64,000 nucleotides of DNA from an uncultured Pseudomonadota bacterium (GTDB taxonomy: Bacteria; Myxococcota_A; Polyangia; Fen-1088): the NCBI GenBank assembly GCA_963723305.1, contig CAVRRT010000042.1, forward strand, positions 2,911 to 66,910, written 5' to 3'. The notes beneath the pieces were generated by a model. The model was given only the letters and a program-made list of their open reading frames with translations, searched no databases and was not told the origin of the DNA. Below, piece by piece: positions 53,804 through 62,304 of the stretch; position 1 is the first letter of the stretch, and each line of letters begins with the position of its first letter. Made by a program: the position numbers and the translations under genes.

Positions 53804-54913
53804 TCAATTCGCACAATACTGAACGGTGTTCGGCGCCAGCGTGATGAAGAAGGGGCTCGTGTCGGCGACCGAAGTGATCATCAACATCTTGTCGAACCAG
53901 CCCATGATGGTGGAGACATAGTTGTATGCGTTCGAATCGCTGGTCATGAGGGCGTTCAGCGCCGTCACGTTCGCGACCACGCCATACGCGGAGCCCGGCC
54001 CTTCGAGATGCGAACGCAGGCCGGTGATGAGGTTGGCCGCCGTTCCCTGTCCCGCGCAGTACTGGGAAAGGTAGGTCACCGCGCTCGGGTTCCCGTTGCC
54101 GGTGGCGTAGGTGTAGTAGTACCAGGCGCCCATCCCGACGTTGCAGGGGACGCTCTCCATCAAGGTCAGGTTCTGCGTCGGCCCGGTCACGGCCCAGAAG
54201 TCCGAATCGCCGCTCTCGCTTTTGTGACCGGCGAACGTCGACGGGAACGTGCAGCCGATGCACGACAGGCGGTCCTGTGGTCCCTGGCCCTCGAAGTCGT
54301 GAACCGTCGAGCTGAATCGAATCTGCAGGAGGCCGATCGTCGGGTCGTCGGCGGTCTCGCTCCCGCCGCTCGCCGTCACCGTCCTCATCCCGTAGCTGTC
54401 GAGGACATTCTCGGTCTGGTTGTAGCTCGATTCCTTCTCGATGGCGGCGACCAGGTGTGCCCAGCAGTGCTGCGGCTGCCAGCCGGTATCGGTCGAGGGT
54501 GGCCCGAACTCGTAGCAGCTCCTGATGATCGCGTCGATGATCTGCGAACGCTCTGTTCCAGTCGGATCTTTGTAGGGAAGCGTATCGAGATAGCTGCCGA
54601 TCGTCGTCGCGGCAGTCGGGTCGGCGTCGGATCCGCTGCAAGCGCTCGCGCCACCGGCGTCGGTGCTTCCACCGGAGCCCGTCGCGTTCCCGCCGGTGCC
54701 CGCCGCGCTCCCGCCGGTGCCCGTGGTGCCACCGGTGCCGACCGGGCTTCCGCCGGTGCCCGTGGTGCCGCCGGTGCCGACGGTGTTCCCTCCGCTGCCG
54801 GACCTGGCGCCGAGGCCCGTCGGACTACCGCCGGAACTGCCGGAACCGCAGCCGGCCGCGATCAGTATGACGAGCCCGGTGCGTACGAACGATCCGCGCG
54901 CCGTCTGTTGCAT
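53804..54913 (-). CDS. lipoprotein with Gly-rich linker and lysozyme-like (SLT-type transglycosylase-like) domain
   Basis: LIAAGC lipobox, (GTGGxx)n linker, and AAIEKESSYNQTE...DPTIGLLQIRF, which resembles the E-S...GLMQ catalytic signature. Confidence 0.65.
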   Translation of the reverse strand: MQQTARGSFVRTGLVILIAAGCGSGSSGGSPTGLGARSGSGGNTVGTGGTTGTGGSPVGTGGTTGTGGSAAGTGGNATGSGGSTDAGGASACSGSDADPTAATTIGSYLDTLPYKDPTGTERSQIIDAIIRSCYEFGPPSTDTGWQPQHCWAHLVAAIEKESSYNQTENVLDSYGMRTVTASGGSETADDPTIGLLQIRFSSTVHDFEGQGPQDRLSCIGCTFPSTFAGHKSESGDSDFWAVTGPTQNLTLMESVPCNVGMGAWYYYTYATGNGNPSAVTYLSQYCAGQGTAANLITGLRSHLEGPGSAYGVVANVTALNALMTSDSNAYNYVSTIMGWFDKMLMITSVADTSPFFITLAPNTVQYCAN

Positions 54914-55058
54914 GCCGGCGATTTAAACACGATGGGCGGGCGTCGGGAGAAACGGCTCGCCCGCTGGGTTACGTTTTGGTCGGCGCTGGAGTGCGCGGCG
55001 CTCGTGCGGGCCGGGGTAGAATTGACAGCCCGAACGTCCAAGGGTCTCATCCCCGCTG

Positions 55059-56735
55059 ATGGTGGAACGGGTGTCATCCGCTGATCGATTCGGTCTCGTC
55101 GGATCGACGCTCGCGGGACGCTATTACGTGGAACGCCAGGTGGCCGAGGGCGGCTTTGCCGTCGTCTACCGGGCATATCAGACGCTCCTCGATCGATTCG
55201 TGGCGCTTAAAGTTCTCAAGACGCCGCCCGACCTGGGGGCGGAGAACCAACAGCTCTTTCGAGAGCGATTCGCCGCCGAAGCCAGGACGATTGCGAGGCT
55301 CAAGCACCCGTACATCGTGTCGGTCTACGACTTCGGCGTCGATGTGATGACCTCGGGCGAGCCAGCCCCTTGGATGGCGCTCGAATGGTTGGATGGGGAA
55401 ACGCTGGAAGCCGACCTCGATCGACGCCGGGGCTCGGGAGGCCGAGGGACGGCCGAGACCGTCCAACTCTTGCGGCCCATCATCGATGCGCTCGCCTACG
55501 CTCATCGGCAGGGGATTGTCCATCGCGACATCAAGCCGGCGAACATCATGATCGTTCCCGCCGAGCGTGGACACGTGCTTCGGACGATGGACTTCGGAAT
55601 CTCCAAGATGATGCGGGCCGGGCAGCACGATACGACGAAGCACACCGGGACCAGCGGCTCGCCGGGATTTTCGCCGCACTACGCGTCGCCGGAGCAGGTG
55701 ACGTTTTCGCATACGGGTCCCTGGACGGATGTACACGCCCTCGGCCTCGTGATGACGGAGATGCTCACCGATCAACCACCCTACTCGGATACCGACGGCG
55801 TCCACGTCTTCGAGCAGGTCATGGCGCCGTCGCGCCCGACGCCCCGGAGCAAAGGGAAGCGGTTCGGCCAGTTGGAAAAGCTCATAGAGAAGGCCGTGGC
55901 GCTTTCGCCGAGACAGCGCTGGCAGAGCGCCGGAGAGTTGCTGGCCGCGATCGATTCCGTCGTGCTGTCGGCCGGGACCAAGGGGCTTGCGCCGGAGAAG
56001 CGACCAAAACCTGACCGCGCCTCCGCGCAGCCGGTGGTGCATCCCGCACGACCGGCGCTGGCGAAGCAGGTCGTCGATCGAATCATCGCGTCGGTGGGAA
56101 GCGCAGCTATCTTGATGGCGTTCGCAATCTTGGTTTGGACCCTCAGACCGGGACGTCCCGGTCTGACGGTTCTGCAGGAGTTTGCGCGGGCGGCGCCTGA
56201 GGTATCCAGACCACGGGCGGTGAAACAACCCCGCGTCGAACCGTGGGTGGTCCCACTTCCACCGTCGATGGCACTGGCACCGACGACACCAGCGACGACG
56301 ACACCGTCGCCGACGGCGCCAACCGCCGAGTCATCTGTCGTCGAGCGACGACAGAGATCGCCGAGCGAAGTGGAAAGAACCAAAGGCGCCGCCGGCCACC
56401 CCCCTGCTCCCGACAAGCGAGCCGGTACGCCTCCAGGATCCACCAACGATTCGACCACGAATAAGGGCTCCGGTTGGGTTGATCCCTTCGCCGACGAAGA
56501 GACAGAGAGCCACGCCTGTCGAATCACCGTCAATTCGATTCCCTGGTCCGAGGTGTGGATCGACGGCAAGAACACGACCCAACACACACCCTTGGTCGAC
56601 TACCAGATCGGCTGTGGCCCCCACGGGATCGAATTCAGGCGAACCGATCTTCACATCGATCAGATCGAACCATGCATCGTCGAACCGGGTCAGCCGTTCA
56701 AGCGGCGATACACGCTCACGCCGAACGACAGGTGA
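55059..56735 (+). CDS. Ser/Thr protein kinase with TM segment and C-terminal PEGA-like domain
   Basis: GGFAVVYRA, VALKVLK, HRDIKPANIMI, DFGISK and SPEQ. TM AAILMAFAILVWTL. C-terminal CRITVNSIPWSEVWIDGKNTTQHTP. Confidence 0.85.
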   Translation: MVERVSSADRFGLVGSTLAGRYYVERQVAEGGFAVVYRAYQTLLDRFVALKVLKTPPDLGAENQQLFRERFAAEARTIARLKHPYIVSVYDFGVDVMTSGEPAPWMALEWLDGETLEADLDRRRGSGGRGTAETVQLLRPIIDALAYAHRQGIVHRDIKPANIMIVPAERGHVLRTMDFGISKMMRAGQHDTTKHTGTSGSPGFSPHYASPEQVTFSHTGPWTDVHALGLVMTEMLTDQPPYSDTDGVHVFEQVMAPSRPTPRSKGKRFGQLEKLIEKAVALSPRQRWQSAGELLAAIDSVVLSAGTKGLAPEKRPKPDRASAQPVVHPARPALAKQVVDRIIASVGSAAILMAFAILVWTLRPGRPGLTVLQEFARAAPEVSRPRAVKQPRVEPWVVPLPPSMALAPTTPATTTPSPTAPTAESSVVERRQRSPSEVERTKGAAGHPPAPDKRAGTPPGSTNDSTTNKGSGWVDPFADEETESHACRITVNSIPWSEVWIDGKNTTQHTPLVDYQIGCGPHGIEFRRTDLHIDQIEPCIVEPGQPFKRRYTLTPNDR

Positions 56736-56898
56736 CGGCTCGACCGGAGCGAAGAGCGACCAGGTGAGAGACCCGGTTGTCATCGTGCACTGAAGGGGTG
56801 GTCTTAAGCGGCCCGCTGCCGGAGCACCGGCACGCTTTCGGAGATCGCCCGATAGGTCGGATGGCCGGTTGGCGCGCGCCGGTGTTTAGGTTGCCCGC

Positions 56899-57927
56899 AT
56901 GGCGACGATGCGCGCGGTGCAAGTGGCGAAGGCGGGTGGTCCCTTCGAGCTGGTCGAGCGACCCATCCCGGATCCCGGACCGGGTACCGTCAGGGTGAAG
57001 GTCGAGGCCTGCGGGATCTGCCACAGCGATTCGATCGTCAAGCAAGGGGCGCTGCCCGTCGCCTACCCGCGCGTCCCCGGACACGAGGTCGCGGGCGTCA
57101 TCGACGCGCTCGGCGCGGGTGTCGCGGGCTGGACGGTCGGCCAACGGGTGGGCGTCGGCTGGAACGGCGGCTACGACGGCGTCTGTGCCGCCTGCCGCCG
57201 CGGCGACCTCTTCGCGTGCGTCACCCGTCCCGTGACCGGCCTCAGCTTCGACGGGGGCTACGCCGACTACTTGATCGCGCCGGCCACTGCGGTGGCGGCG
57301 ATCCCGCCGGAGCTGTCGTCCTTGGAGGCGGCGCCGCTGATGTGTGCGGGGGTCACGATGTTCACCGGGCTCCGAAACTCGGGCGCGCGGCCGGGCGATC
57401 TGGTCGCCGTGTTCGGCGTGGGCGGGCTCGGCCATCTTGGCGTGCAGCTCGCCGCCAAGATGGGCTTGCGCACCGTCGCGATCGCGCGCGGCGCCGACAA
57501 GGAAGAGCTCGCGCGCAAGCTCGGCGCCTGGCGCTACATCGATAGCAAAGCGGTCGACCCGGCGGTGGCGCTGCAAAAGCTCGGCGGCGCCCGGGCGGTC
57601 GTCTCGACGGTCACCGACGGCGCCGCGCTGGCGTCGGTCGTGGGTGGTCTCGGGCCGAACGGCAACCTGATGGTCGTGGGCGCCGCCGGCAACGTGACGG
57701 TGTCGACGAGCGCGCTCCTCTTCGATCAGCGATCGATCCGGGGCGTCTACTCCGGCGTCTCGAGCGACTCAGAGGCCACGATGGCCTTCAGCGCCCTCAC
57801 GGGCGTGCGCCCGATGACCGAAACCTACCCGCTCGAACGCGTCGATGAAGCGTACGACCGAATGCTGAGCGGGGCTGCGCGCTTCCGCTCAGTGCTGGCG
57901 ATCAGTGCCGGCGCGCGCGCCGGCTGA
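56899..57927 (+). CDS. zinc-dependent alcohol dehydrogenase family oxidoreductase
   Basis: VEACGICHSD, GHEVAGV, CAACRRGDLFAC and Rossmann GVGGLGHLGVQLA. Confidence 0.9.
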   Translation: MATMRAVQVAKAGGPFELVERPIPDPGPGTVRVKVEACGICHSDSIVKQGALPVAYPRVPGHEVAGVIDALGAGVAGWTVGQRVGVGWNGGYDGVCAACRRGDLFACVTRPVTGLSFDGGYADYLIAPATAVAAIPPELSSLEAAPLMCAGVTMFTGLRNSGARPGDLVAVFGVGGLGHLGVQLAAKMGLRTVAIARGADKEELARKLGAWRYIDSKAVDPAVALQKLGGARAVVSTVTDGAALASVVGGLGPNGNLMVVGAAGNVTVSTSALLFDQRSIRGVYSGVSSDSEATMAFSALTGVRPMTETYPLERVDEAYDRMLSGAARFRSVLAISAGARAG

Positions 57928-57928
57928 C

Positions 57929-58429
57929 ATGCGGCCGACCGTCATGCTGATGAACACCATTGCCCGCCTCCGGGGCGCTGCGGACAAGCTCGCCTTCGTG
58001 GGGCCCGCCTTGGCACGCCTGACGGTGGGGCTGGTTTTCATCGGCGCCGGCTGGGGCAAGCTGCACAGCCTCGGCGATGTCACTGACCTGTTCGCGCGCC
58101 TTCACATCCCGGCGCCAGGTTTCAACGCACGTCTCGAGGCGTCCACCGAGCTCTTCGGTGGGATCCTGGTGCTGATCGGCCTGGGAACACGCCTCGTGTC
58201 GCTACCGCTGGCCTTTACGATGGTGATCGCGATCCTGACCGCCAAGCGCGCCGACATCACCGGCCTCACCGTGCTGGTCGGCTTCAAGGAGTGGAGTTAC
58301 TTGGTATTTTTTTTGTGGCTGGCGGTCGCCGGTGCGGGATCGCTCTCGCTCGATGGACTGGTGGCTCGATTTCTCGGACCTCGAAGGGAGGCGAGCCTTC
58401 CCACGCCGCCGCGTCGTCCGCCACGCTGA
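57929..58429 (+). CDS. DoxX family membrane protein
   Basis: LARLTVGLVFIGAGWGKL...STELFGGILVLIGLGTRLVSLPLAFTMVIAI. Starts 2 nt after the ADH stop. Confidence 0.8.
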   Translation: MRPTVMLMNTIARLRGAADKLAFVGPALARLTVGLVFIGAGWGKLHSLGDVTDLFARLHIPAPGFNARLEASTELFGGILVLIGLGTRLVSLPLAFTMVIAILTAKRADITGLTVLVGFKEWSYLVFFLWLAVAGAGSLSLDGLVARFLGPRREASLPTPPRRPPR

Positions 58430-58587
58430 GGCGAGCCGATGCACCGGCTGGTACAGGCAGGGAGCCAACTCATCATCGCGACACAACTCACCGAATCCTG
58501 ATTGGACGGCGTTCCCCGCCTGCCGGAAGAATCCGTGTCGGGGCGCTGAATGTTGCTGAGCCGCTCATCGTTGTCCGCCCCGCCGCC

Positions 58588-59160
58588 TCACCGCTTCCCG
58601 TATTCGGTAAAGACGAAGTCTCTGGCCTGTGCTTTCGTGTGGCAGGCGGCGCCGCACTTGGCGTCGTGCCCCTGCGGTGGGTGGGCGGCCATGGTGGCGG
58701 GCGCGAACGTATCGGACGCGGCATCGTGTTCGAAGGCGGCATATCCCCATCCGCCGCTGTCCGGGAACCTCTTGCTGTCCTTCACCATGAAGTCGACGTC
58801 GTGCTGGATGCCGGGCACCTTCGGCGGACCGGGGGCGTTCTCGTTCAGCTTCGGGATCCAATGGATCTTCGCCATCTTCGAGCCGTCGGGGAAAGGCTTG
58901 CCGTTGTCGGGGACGCCGGCCCTGAAGGCATCGATGATCGTCGGATTCCCGAGGATGGCGGCCATCAGCGTTCCGTTCTGACTGATGGAGACGAGCTGCC
59001 AGTTTTCGTATCCCCTGAACTCGGAGAATGCGAGGCCGCCCGGCACTTTCAGGGTGTACCTGTCCTGCGCGGAAATGGCCTTGGCGGCGAAAACGCCGAA
59101 GCCGGCAAGGACGGCCGTCGTCATCCCGATCGTCAACACTCTCTTTCGATTCATCGCCAC
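58588..59160 (-). CDS. cytochrome P460 family protein
   Basis: Signal, then YENWQLVSIS...AAILGNP...KMAKIHW...MVKDSKRFPDSGGWGYAAF and C-terminal haem motif CGAACH. Confidence 0.8.
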   Translation of the reverse strand: MAMNRKRVLTIGMTTAVLAGFGVFAAKAISAQDRYTLKVPGGLAFSEFRGYENWQLVSISQNGTLMAAILGNPTIIDAFRAGVPDNGKPFPDGSKMAKIHWIPKLNENAPGPPKVPGIQHDVDFMVKDSKRFPDSGGWGYAAFEHDAASDTFAPATMAAHPPQGHDAKCGAACHTKAQARDFVFTEYGKR

Positions 59161-59200
59161 ACCTCCCGATTGCCGTCGCGTGTCCTGCGTTCCGTGACTG

Positions 59201-59632
59201 TCACGGTTTCAAGACAGTGAGGCGTGCCGCGGATACCGCAAGAGGTGTCGCAAAGGAGGACGAGCGTCGGCGTGCGCGGCCCGGCGGAACCGGGGCGCCG
59301 GGAGGAGGATCCTCGATCAGCGAGGAGACCGACTCCCCGTGATTTGGCGCGAACGCGGTGAGGTATACGAGGCCCGCGACGTTGGGCGCGGTCCCCGCTT
59401 CGGTAATCACCACTCCGCCGTAGGAATGGTCGACGAAGATTGCCGGGCCGTTCAACCCAGTGAGGGGGCGCTTCGTGACCGCGACGTCGTCCGCCAGCGA
59501 GACGGTCGAGTTCTGAACGACCGAGACGTTGTAGCCGTGCTTCTTGCGTGCACGAGGACTACGTTTGTGATAGGTGGTGTCGTGTTCGCTCGTGACATTC
59601 GAGCCTCCTGCCGAACCCCTTCTCCCGCTCAA
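59201..59632 (-). pseudogene. alpha/beta hydrolase fragment
   Basis: GYNVSVVQNSTVSLADDVAVTKRPL...GPAIFVDHSYGGVVITEAGTAPNVAGLVYLTAFAPNHGESV. The nucleophile elbow is degenerate (DHSYG) and both termini are missing or Arg-rich. Confidence 0.6.
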
Positions 59633-59674
59633 GAGTTCAAGCGCTTACGGACGGCCGGACACCCGAATGAGGTA

Positions 59675-60001
59675 ATGTCCGCTCATGAGGGAGGAATGAG
59701 GGAGTCGGAGGGGAGGGCCGCCTTGCTTTGGGCCGCGTTCAAGCGCCGGACGGCGTGGTTTCAGGTCGGGCGGGCCGCTGGGATCGTGGTGTGTTCGGTG
59801 GCGTTGGCCGCGACTGGCGCGTGCGGGTCGACGGCCAGCAATTCGGACGCGTCCGCATTGGGCGGCATGGGCGGACGAACGACCGGCAGCCTTGGTGGAG
59901 CATCTGGTGGTGCAGCGGGGGCTGCTGCTGGCGGCGCGAAAGGAGAAGGCGCGGGCGGTCGAGTGCGCGACATGCGACTACCCACCTGCGCCAGGCCCTG
60001 A
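59675..60001 (+). pseudogene. possible truncated lipoprotein leader plus Gly-rich linker (no mature domain)
   Basis: IVVCSVALAATGAC lipobox and GGMGGRTTGSLGGASGGAAGAAAGGAKGEGAGG, with a stop soon after. Another frame continues with a Cys-rich peptide (VECATCDYPPAPGPEPEC...CAQCQ). Confidence 0.3.
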
Positions 60002-60122
60002 ACCGGAATGTCTGAGCGCCACGGCGATCGGTGTCATGCTCGTCGTCTGCGTCGCCGATTGCGCGCAATGCCAGTGACCGGCTCATTCTTCCGCAGTCCG
60101 TGCAAAGAGGTATTCTGCAGCA

Positions 60123-60638
60123 ATGGATTCGAAGAGCAGCGTGGTGGTCTCCGGGGAAGTTCTGGGCAAGCTGGCGGACTCGTATCTCGCACAGAACGTT
60201 CTCATGTCGCGACGAGTGACGACTTTGTCGTTCATCATCGGCGGACTGTTGGTCGGAGGCGGCCTCTGGTACGTCGGCTTCCTCGAGCGGTGGTTCCCCA
60301 GTCAGCCCGCGGCGGGGATCGCCGCAATCGCGAACTCGGCCACGCGGTTGGGGGCGGTAGTGGTCGTGATCTTCCTGGTTCGAATCTTCGTTCCGCTCCT
60401 GCGCTACGCGGCGGAGCTCGAGATCTTCTATCAATCGCGCGCGGGCGTTCTTAGAATCTTGGCCGGTGCCGCAGATTCCGATGACAAAGTAACGGTATCA
60501 TTGCCGACGATCGTCGAGGTCCGCTCCTCGGACAGGATACAGCTCAGCGCCGCCCCGGAAAGCCCTGTCGCCGAGCTCGTCGCGACGGCACATATCGGCG
60601 AGAAGGCTCTTGGCGTCGCGCGCAGTCAGGGAGACTGA
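60123..60638 (+). CDS. hypothetical two-TM membrane protein
   Basis: TMs LSFIIGGLLVGGGLWYVGFL and LGAVVVVIFLVRIFVPLL. Balanced composition. No recognised family. Confidence 0.6.
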   Translation: MDSKSSVVVSGEVLGKLADSYLAQNVLMSRRVTTLSFIIGGLLVGGGLWYVGFLERWFPSQPAAGIAAIANSATRLGAVVVVIFLVRIFVPLLRYAAELEIFYQSRAGVLRILAGAADSDDKVTVSLPTIVEVRSSDRIQLSAAPESPVAELVATAHIGEKALGVARSQGD

Positions 60639-60667
60639 GGAGAAGCCTGAACGGAGCCACGGGTGCA

Positions 60668-61129
60668 GTGACCACGATCCCGACCGATCGGACCTGTGGT
60701 AGTTTTGCGGTCGGGATGTTGGAGTGGTACCGGTTCACCCTCGGGGCGTTGGCGACCTGGCGGCTGACGCACCTTCTCAACGCCGAGGACGGTCCTGGTC
60801 AGGTCTTCGTTCGCATCCGGCGGGCGGCGGGAGAGGGCGTGCTGGGCCAGTTGTTGGATTGTTTCTATTGCCTGAGTCTCTGGATCGCGGCGCCGCTGGC
60901 CCTGGCGCTGGGGCGGACGTGGCCGGAACGGCTGCTGCTCATCACGGGATTTTCGGCGGCGGCGATCCTGCTCGAACGTCGAGCGGCAACGGTGCCGGAC
61001 GCGCCGCTGCCTTTCTACAAAGAGGATGAGGAGGTCTCGCATGGGATGTTGCGGAAAGAACCGAGCTCAAGCGCCGAAGGCGACCGCGATGCCGGCGCCG
61101 GCGCAGACGCCCATGACGGCCAGCCGTAG
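60668..61129 (+). CDS. DUF1360 domain membrane protein
   Basis: LGALATWRLTHLLNAEDGPG...LLDCFYCLSLWIAAPLA matches the DUF1360 pattern (W-R-x-T...C-x2-C-x-S-x-W). GTG start. Confidence 0.75.
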   Translation: MTTIPTDRTCGSFAVGMLEWYRFTLGALATWRLTHLLNAEDGPGQVFVRIRRAAGEGVLGQLLDCFYCLSLWIAAPLALALGRTWPERLLLITGFSAAAILLERRAATVPDAPLPFYKEDEEVSHGMLRKEPSSSAEGDRDAGAGADAHDGQP

Positions 61130-61301
61130 GCCAGCCGCAGCGCCTTCGCCTTCCTTCAGGTACATCGGGACCACCGGCATCACCATCCAGGGGCCGGTGA
61201 CCAAGCGCCTTTATCGCTTCGCCGGGGCAGGCGCCGTCGTGGCCGTCGACCTGCGGGACGCGCCCTCGCTGGCGCGCGTCTCGCAGCTGCGGCGCGCCTA
61301 G
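61041..61301 (+). CDS. small protein starting MGCCGKN (86 aa), overlapping the DUF1360 3' end out of frame
   Basis: GAGGAGG (61028-61034) lies 6 nt before the ATG. C-terminal half FRYIGTTGITIQGPVTKRLYRFAGAGAVVAVDLRDAPSLARV looks globular. Confidence 0.55.
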   Translation: MGCCGKNRAQAPKATAMPAPAQTPMTASRRPAAAPSPSFRYIGTTGITIQGPVTKRLYRFAGAGAVVAVDLRDAPSLARVSQLRRA

Positions 61302-62302
61302 GACGTGATCTCGACCGCCGCGCCGGCGGCGTCCATGTAGAAGACGGCGATCCCGTACTCCAGCAGGGCGCGCTTCTCGATGTCTGCGGCGGCGCGCTCG
61401 AGGAAGACGACGCGCGCGCGATCCACGGGCCGTCCGTCCGGCAAGGCTTTTTCTTCGACGATCTCGGCCAGGTGCTGGATTTCCCAGCCGCGAATGTGGT
61501 CTCCGGCGGGGCGCGCGTAGGAGAGCTCGACTGTCCGTGAGTTTGGCAGGTAGCCAACCGGATCGAGCCGCGCTGTCCCTTCTTCGAACACCGCGGCCTC
61601 ATCGGGCTTGGGGGCTGCGAGCATGTCGGGCCGCGCGAGGTGGCCGGGCTTGAGGGCACGGAGCATCTCCCACTGTTGCGCTTGCGTGGACCGCAACAGG
61701 TCGACGCTGGTCGTCGCGTCCTCGGCCCGCACGCAGAAGCGCATTTCTCCGAACCGTTCCACGCTGGACCAGCTGCGCCAGAACGACTCGGGCCGTTCGA
61801 AGTGCTCGCCCACCTCGGATTCGCTGGTCAGGACCGCTGTGTCCGCGACCCGGGCTATGGGCAACCAGGGCGCGCACATGGCGTAGCCGACAGGGGTTAC
61901 GCGGGCGCGTACCACCGCGCCGGTGTGAAGGAGGTCGCGCGCGAGCCTCCCAAGGAGTTGGGCTGGCCGCCAGGGCTGTGACGCCGCCGCTGGAGGCTCG
62001 CGGCCAAAGCACACGGAGGTCGTCCAGAGGGTCTCGTCATCTTCGCTGGCGCTGGTCACGGTGATCCGGTTGGTCGTCTCGGGCGCGAGCTCGCAGTAGA
62101 TGTTGACCAGCGCATCGGGAGAAGGCCGCGCACCCCGGAGGCTACCGAGCGCTCCGGCTGTCACAGGCGGCGAGGTCTCGAGGTGAGACCATGTCTCCGA
62201 CCCCACGATCGGGAGCACGCGCGACCAGATCGCTTCGAACGCGGTCACGACGTCGGGAGCCCGAAGCTCGAGCTCGAGACAGAATTCCTGGAGGGCGCCC
62301 AT
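61298..62302 (-). CDS. hypothetical protein, candidate immunity/partner of the upstream toxin-like gene (alternative GTG start 62329)
   Basis: The ATG is 2 nt after the stop of the upstream gene. No signal peptide, acidic, no recognised domain. Its stop overlaps the convergent MGCC gene stop within CTAG (61298-61301). Confidence 0.65.
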   Translation of the reverse strand: MGALQEFCLELELRAPDVVTAFEAIWSRVLPIVGSETWSHLETSPPVTAGALGSLRGARPSPDALVNIYCELAPETTNRITVTSASEDDETLWTTSVCFGREPPAAASQPWRPAQLLGRLARDLLHTGAVVRARVTPVGYAMCAPWLPIARVADTAVLTSESEVGEHFERPESFWRSWSSVERFGEMRFCVRAEDATTSVDLLRSTQAQQWEMLRALKPGHLARPDMLAAPKPDEAAVFEEGTARLDPVGYLPNSRTVELSYARPAGDHIRGWEIQHLAEIVEEKALPDGRPVDRARVVFLERAAADIEKRALLEYGIAVFYMDAAGAAVEITS

Positions 62303-62304
62303 CG

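Noticed and set aside
51100-54850. Short periodic repeats in the Gly-linker regions, and the Cys-repeat array at 48-50.6 kb, as possible CRISPR arrays
   Set aside because: The repeats are in-frame coding repeats with no unique spacers of constant length and no leader or cas genes. They are not CRISPR.
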